Below are positions 59,301-63,769 of a DNA stretch of 63,769 nt, piece by piece. Each line of letters begins with the position of its first letter. The stretch's first letter is position 1. A program made the translations under genes and the position numbers. The notes beneath the pieces are model-generated. The model was not told the origin of the DNA. It made no database searches and saw nothing but the letters and a program-made list of their open reading frames with translations. This DNA comes from Vitrella brassicaformis CCMP3155 (Eukaryota > Protista > Chromerida): NCBI GenBank assembly GCA_001179505.1, contig CDMY01000104.1, forward strand, positions 127,230 to 190,998. The letters are read 5' to 3'.

Positions 59301-60088
59301 CTCAGCAGCGCCCGGTGACCCCCGCACCCAAGGGCGCCATGCGAGTGCATCATCAGCTGCAGTCCCCCGACCACCACCAGCAGCGTGCGGCCCGTCCAGT
59401 GCTGCACCATGCGCCGGCGCCCAACTCGCCCTTCGGCAGTGGCATCAGCGGGCTATCCAACGGCAGTAGCGGCAGTAGTGGTGGGGGGCAGGTGAGAGTG
59501 CCGGTGCATCATCAGCCCGTGGGTGGGGGTGTGAGCGGGGGTGTCATGAGCAAGAACCCCAGTGTGGCCGGTGTGTATGCCACGACACCTGGCGGCTCGG
59601 GGAGTACATCGAGGGCTGCGCCGAGGTACGTCAAGTGGCACTACAGCCAGCGAGAAAACACGCGGGCAACAAATATGGTTGTGTGTGTGCGTCAGTGTGG
59701 CGTCTCGTCCGATGCCTGGTGCGTCCCGACCGGATCAGGGGCCCTACGTGTTCCACTCTAGCCACGGCAGTGTGTCGGGATCGAGCGGCGTGGTAGGACC
59801 CAGGACGTCATCCCTCACCGACCCTTCTCTGCAGACGCCACCACCAGCCATGGGTCCACCCATGGTCTTCAGACTACCACCTGGTACGCACGGGAAGGGA
59901 ACCGGTCGTTGTGCTGTGATGGTGTCCCATTTTTCTTTCTTTCTGTGTGCATGTGGTGTCTTGTTTGTTCAGGGGCTCCGCCGCCCCACCCGTACTACGG
60001 TGCTGGTGGAGGGCCGCCGATATTCCCCGGGTACCCGCAGGCCATGTACCCCAAGACACCGCAGTCCAAGACGCTGCACAAGCGATGA
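53894..60088 (+). CDS. Ser/Thr protein kinase (CAMK-like) with N-terminal extension and very long Pro/Gln/Ala/Gly-rich disordered C-terminus; many exons
   Basis: LSGGSVGQV, FVAAK, LKHEHIVR, FMEYSQEGDL, YLHETHGMAHR|DIKPEN, LCDFG, GTFTYNAPE, ADIFSLGATLFAMLFGTVPF and RATFEAIANHPWM. Confidence 0.9.
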
Positions 60089-60162
60089 TCATCACACACA
60101 TACAGAGAAAGACACAGACGAATGGGCGGATACATCCTGCAATGATGGGAGGGAGGGAGGGA

Positions 60163-60462
60163 NNNNNNNNNNNNNNNNNNNNNNNNNNNNNNNNNNNNNN
60201 NNNNNNNNNNNNNNNNNNNNNNNNNNNNNNNNNNNNNNNNNNNNNNNNNNNNNNNNNNNNNNNNNNNNNNNNNNNNNNNNNNNNNNNNNNNNNNNNNNNN
60301 NNNNNNNNNNNNNNNNNNNNNNNNNNNNNNNNNNNNNNNNNNNNNNNNNNNNNNNNNNNNNNNNNNNNNNNNNNNNNNNNNNNNNNNNNNNNNNNNNNNN
60401 NNNNNNNNNNNNNNNNNNNNNNNNNNNNNNNNNNNNNNNNNNNNNNNNNNNNNNNNNNNNNN
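60163..60462. other. Assembly gap (300 N)
   Basis: N run flanked by (GGGA)n. Confidence 1.
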
Positions 60463-60765
60463 GGGAGGGAGGCTGGTGGGTGGTGGGTGGGTGGGTGGGT
60501 GGGTGAGTGGGTGAGTGAGTGGGTGTGTCGTTTTGTTACGGATCCACCGATCGGATCGATGATGCGTGGCCAGCTGGCTCAATCGGTAGCTGGGCGGGAC
60601 ATACCAACAGGCATACACAACCTTCTCGACTCGATATGTGTGTTCACATTTTGATGGATGGATAGATGAGATGACACAGCTGGGCTGCATGCACCGAGAT
60701 GAATTGAATGAGTGGCATTTTCTCGATCACTTGCAGAGCGAATGAATGAAAGCTAATGAGACATT

Positions 60766-62631
60766 TCACTGATAAAGATAGTCGCCCTCCGACCCAGAAG
60801 CATACAAGTCATCACAGAGTGTGTCGATCACCCTCTTCACCTCATACCCATTCGCCCGCCCGCTGGCCACGAAGTCCACCGTCTCAGAGGCAGCCACGAT
60901 TTTCTCCTTTTCCTTCCCTCCCCACCACCACCACCACCCCAGCTCCCTCCGCCCTTTGCTGCTCTCGCCGATGGTGAAAACCGACGTCAGCAGAGGGGGT
61001 GTGTCATAGCTGGCGATATCACCTGCAGAAAGCGCACACACAGAGGGGAGGGGAGGGATGTCAGGTCAGAGAGGTGGACGGTTAGATGGAGGCTCATCCT
61101 ACCTTGACAGGATGACTTGAGGTGTCCGTCGCAGAGACAGACTTTGTACGTGCCGGCAGCCGTAATGTTGTAGCTGTGGCGCATGTCCCCACACACGATG
61201 GTGTCCTCATTGTACACCTCGCACGGCGTCCTGGCAAACCTCTTGACACCAAGACCATCTGACACCAACAACCAAGGTGACCCGTCCTTTTTGCCCCTCT
61301 TCACATGTCTCTCTCTTACCCGCTACCGAGGCTCTGCGCCCACACTCATCGCCCTCCCTCACAATGGCGATCCGCAGCTGCTTGGCGGCCTTCTCTCGCC
61401 CTCTCCCCAGCCCCGAGCCCTTGAGCAGCACCACAAACAGCTCCCCGGCCGCCACTGGTTTTGGGGTCAGGTGGTACTGTTTGAGTGAGGGGGAAGTCTG
61501 GTTGCCCTGAGGTGGGAGCGGCACAGGGGTGACCTCCACAGTGTCGGGGACGATGGCGTTGTCGGGGTAGTTGTGGAACGGGGGAGAGGGGAGAGAAGAC
61601 AGACCCAGAGGGTGGAAGGCCACCTGCGAATGGGGGAGAGGCAGCCAATATGGCATGCATGCTCGAGTGCGGATAGGTCGTTACTCGATGTTTGAGGTGG
61701 TTGCAGAGCGATGGCTGGTCTCGTAGGTGGGCGAAGAATGGCAAAGCGTCGGTGAGAGACGTCGCCACCGGGTCCTCGAGCAAGCGGAGGTGGAACGACC
61801 AGGCTTTCTGGGACACACACACACACACACACTGTGGCCCGATCGCATATTGCGTCTCTGTGCCATTCCACCTTAGCGAACGTTTTGCACTTCGACCAGA
61901 GAGCCGTGCAAGTGCCCTCCGCAACCGACACATCCACCACACCAAAACCTGAACAGCAAAGAGGCCAATAAAGGCATTCTATCGCTTTCTTCGCCTCACT
62001 CTTTTGTTTGTAGAAGGTCTTCGCGGGCCACTCTGGGTCGCAGGCGAAACACAGCGCTCCGGCGGCATACTCAAGCATCACACGATAGCACGGCTGCACC
62101 AGAGAGGAGGGAGGAAAGACGCTTCTTGTCGTGACCAAATTTGCCCCTCCCAATGAGTTACTTCAAACAGCCTCCTATCGAAGAGTTCGTCCATGTTAGC
62201 CAGCAGCTCCACCAGCGCCTCTCGCTGCGATGCCGACAGCCCCATCGGCGCATTCATCATGTCGTGGAACAGGGCACTCTGGCGCTTGAATGCGGTCATG
62301 TCGGCAGCGAATGTGCGGCCCCAGTGCTTGAGGTGAGAGATGATAAGGGAGGAGAGGGCGGGCGAATCGTGGCAGCAGGTGTCCTGGTTCTGCCACTGCG
62401 AGCAGACGGGGAGTAGGCTGGCGGCAGTGGGTGCGGCGAGTAGGCTGGCGTTCGAGTGCACATGCCAGAGACCCTTGAAGCTGCATGCAGGAAACCATAG
62501 GCATGGATGGATGGATGGTTGAGATTTTGATGCATCCATCTGCCTTACATCGGGTTGTGGCATGCCAATCCGCTGTAGGAGACCCCTTCAACCGCTCCAA
62601 GGGCCACTGCTAGCACAAGGGCGGCAAGCAT
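60766..62631 (-). CDS. Secreted protein with a folate-receptor/NPC1-like Cys-rich N-terminal domain followed by probable beta-sandwich domains; multi-exon
   Basis: Signal MLAALVLAVALGAVEG. Cys pattern CSQWQNQDTCC...CYRVMLEYAAGALCFACDPEW...CTALWSKC. Later YNITAAGTYKVCLC. Ends ...SEGDYLYQ*. Confidence 0.6.
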
Positions 62632-62729
62632 GGTCTGAAGCACCGGAATCTTGGCTCGGTTCGGGTACACCGAATACGTAAACACACGCGACGCACGAAC
62701 AAGTCTGCCTATCTACTGTCTTTGCTGCT

Positions 62730-63769
62730 TCACAGATCAAAGCGGCGCCTCTTTGCCGGCCGCCCGCTCCCCTCTCTGCCCTCCCTCTCCCCGCCCCCCT
62801 CATCTACTATCGAGCTCAACAGTGCATCAAGAACAACCGATTGCTCGTCATCTCCTCGTATGGCCTGGGACAGCTGTGTCAGAAGGATTTTGCGGTCGCC
62901 GAGCCGCACCATCACCCGCAGGAAGCCGCCGAGGTCGGTCTTGTGAGTTGAGAGGATGTCGGGCGTCAGCAGCGGCTCAGCGATCTCCTTATATGTCCAC
63001 TCGTCCAGTGACTGGTCGCTGCCCCGCCAGCCCAGCCATGCGGTCAACACCCGCAAAGGCGACACGCCTGGCGCCCTGATGTGCGCCAAATAGCATGCGA
63101 TATACTCTGACACCTGCATCATCAGACAGCCACTTCATTCATGCTCCATTCTGCCCACCTACATCGTGATGCTTACCTCGTTGCGGATTGCGGCGCCTAT
63201 GTCCTGGATGGCATCCCACTGCTGCTCCATGATCATCATTCGCAAGCAGTGCAGGACGAGGCACCTGAACACCATCACGTTACCACACCACATCCGTCCA
63301 CCCACCCACCCACCCACCCACCCATCCATCCATCGAGTGTCCTACAGTGACGCACCGCATCGGCAGGAATCGTTTCCTCATAGTGGCCTTGACGTCCTTG
63401 ACCCTGGTGTCCTTGCCAACGAATGCCGTATGGTGGTTGAATGGGATAGTATGGGTCAGGCCGGCGCGTAACCCACTGCCGAGGAGGCCCATGGTGAAGA
63501 GGGGGAGGCGCTCGTGGCTCTCCGAGTCGGTGCATTCAAAGAGGCAGGTGTCCTCGGTGATGTTGGTGAGAGTATCGCCATCGCCGCCATCGCCGATGGA
63601 CATCTTGACGGACAATGAGAAGCAGAAGACTCTCTGGGAGTCCGATTGGTGGAAGTATGCGCTGTTCATCTCGAATGAACGAACGTTGCTGAGAGGCATG
63701 GTCGACGTGTCGTTGACGTCGCCCTGCCGGATGTAGTAGGAAGCGCCTCCGGAGTCTTCGGTTGCCTCG
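62730..63769 (-). CDS. 3' portion of an uncharacterised protein; 5' end beyond the window
   Basis: Coding-like exons in ORF 63280-63699 (…DTCLFECTDSESHERLPLF…), CLVLHCLRMMIMEQQWDAIQDIGAAIRNE, and ORF 62730-63122 ending in an NLS-like PAKRRRFDL*. Confidence 0.6.

Noticed and set aside
11527-62490. Scattered TGCATGCA words (the known apicomplexan AP2 motif)
   Set aside because: They occur mostly in introns and inside CA/TG-rich sequence, with no enrichment in divergent promoters by eye.
1-63769. tRNA, rRNA, snRNA genes, CRISPR arrays and prokaryotic systems
   Set aside because: None recognised; the window is spliceosomal-intron-rich eukaryotic DNA.

Overview
Eukaryotic, gene-dense, intron-rich genomic DNA. 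Introns are short (about 60-150 nt) and packed with (GT)n/(CA)n/(GA)n/(GGAT)n/(GACA)n microsatellites. There are four 300-N scaffold gaps. Composition, intron style, a bipartite plastid-targeted fibrillin and the ankyrin family point to a chromerid alveolate, most likely Vitrella brassicaformis (inference). I reconstruct about 24 mostly multi-exon protein-coding genes by hand-splicing; coordinates are gene spans and internal exon boundaries are approximate. Recognisable products: FMO, WS/DGAT acyltransferase, RWD-RBR E3 ligase, SAM methyltransferase-like protein, ankyrin protein, SelW/Rdx-like protein, PAP-fibrillin, SDR, M17 aminopeptidase (NPEPL1-like), MRS2 Mg transporter, WD40 protein and a Ser/Thr kinase. 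There are also several uncharacterised secreted or membrane proteins and one 5'-truncated non-LTR retrotransposon. The most striking unexplained structure is the gene layout. Twenty genes form ten head-to-head pairs, and every divergent spacer carries a full or partial copy of the 7-1-7 palindrome GCGAGCT-W-AGCTCGC, a candidate bidirectional-promoter element. The LINE is inserted right beside one perfect copy. A 55-bp piece of its 3' region recurs, inverted, beside another perfect copy, where it contains the SDR gene's candidate start codons.
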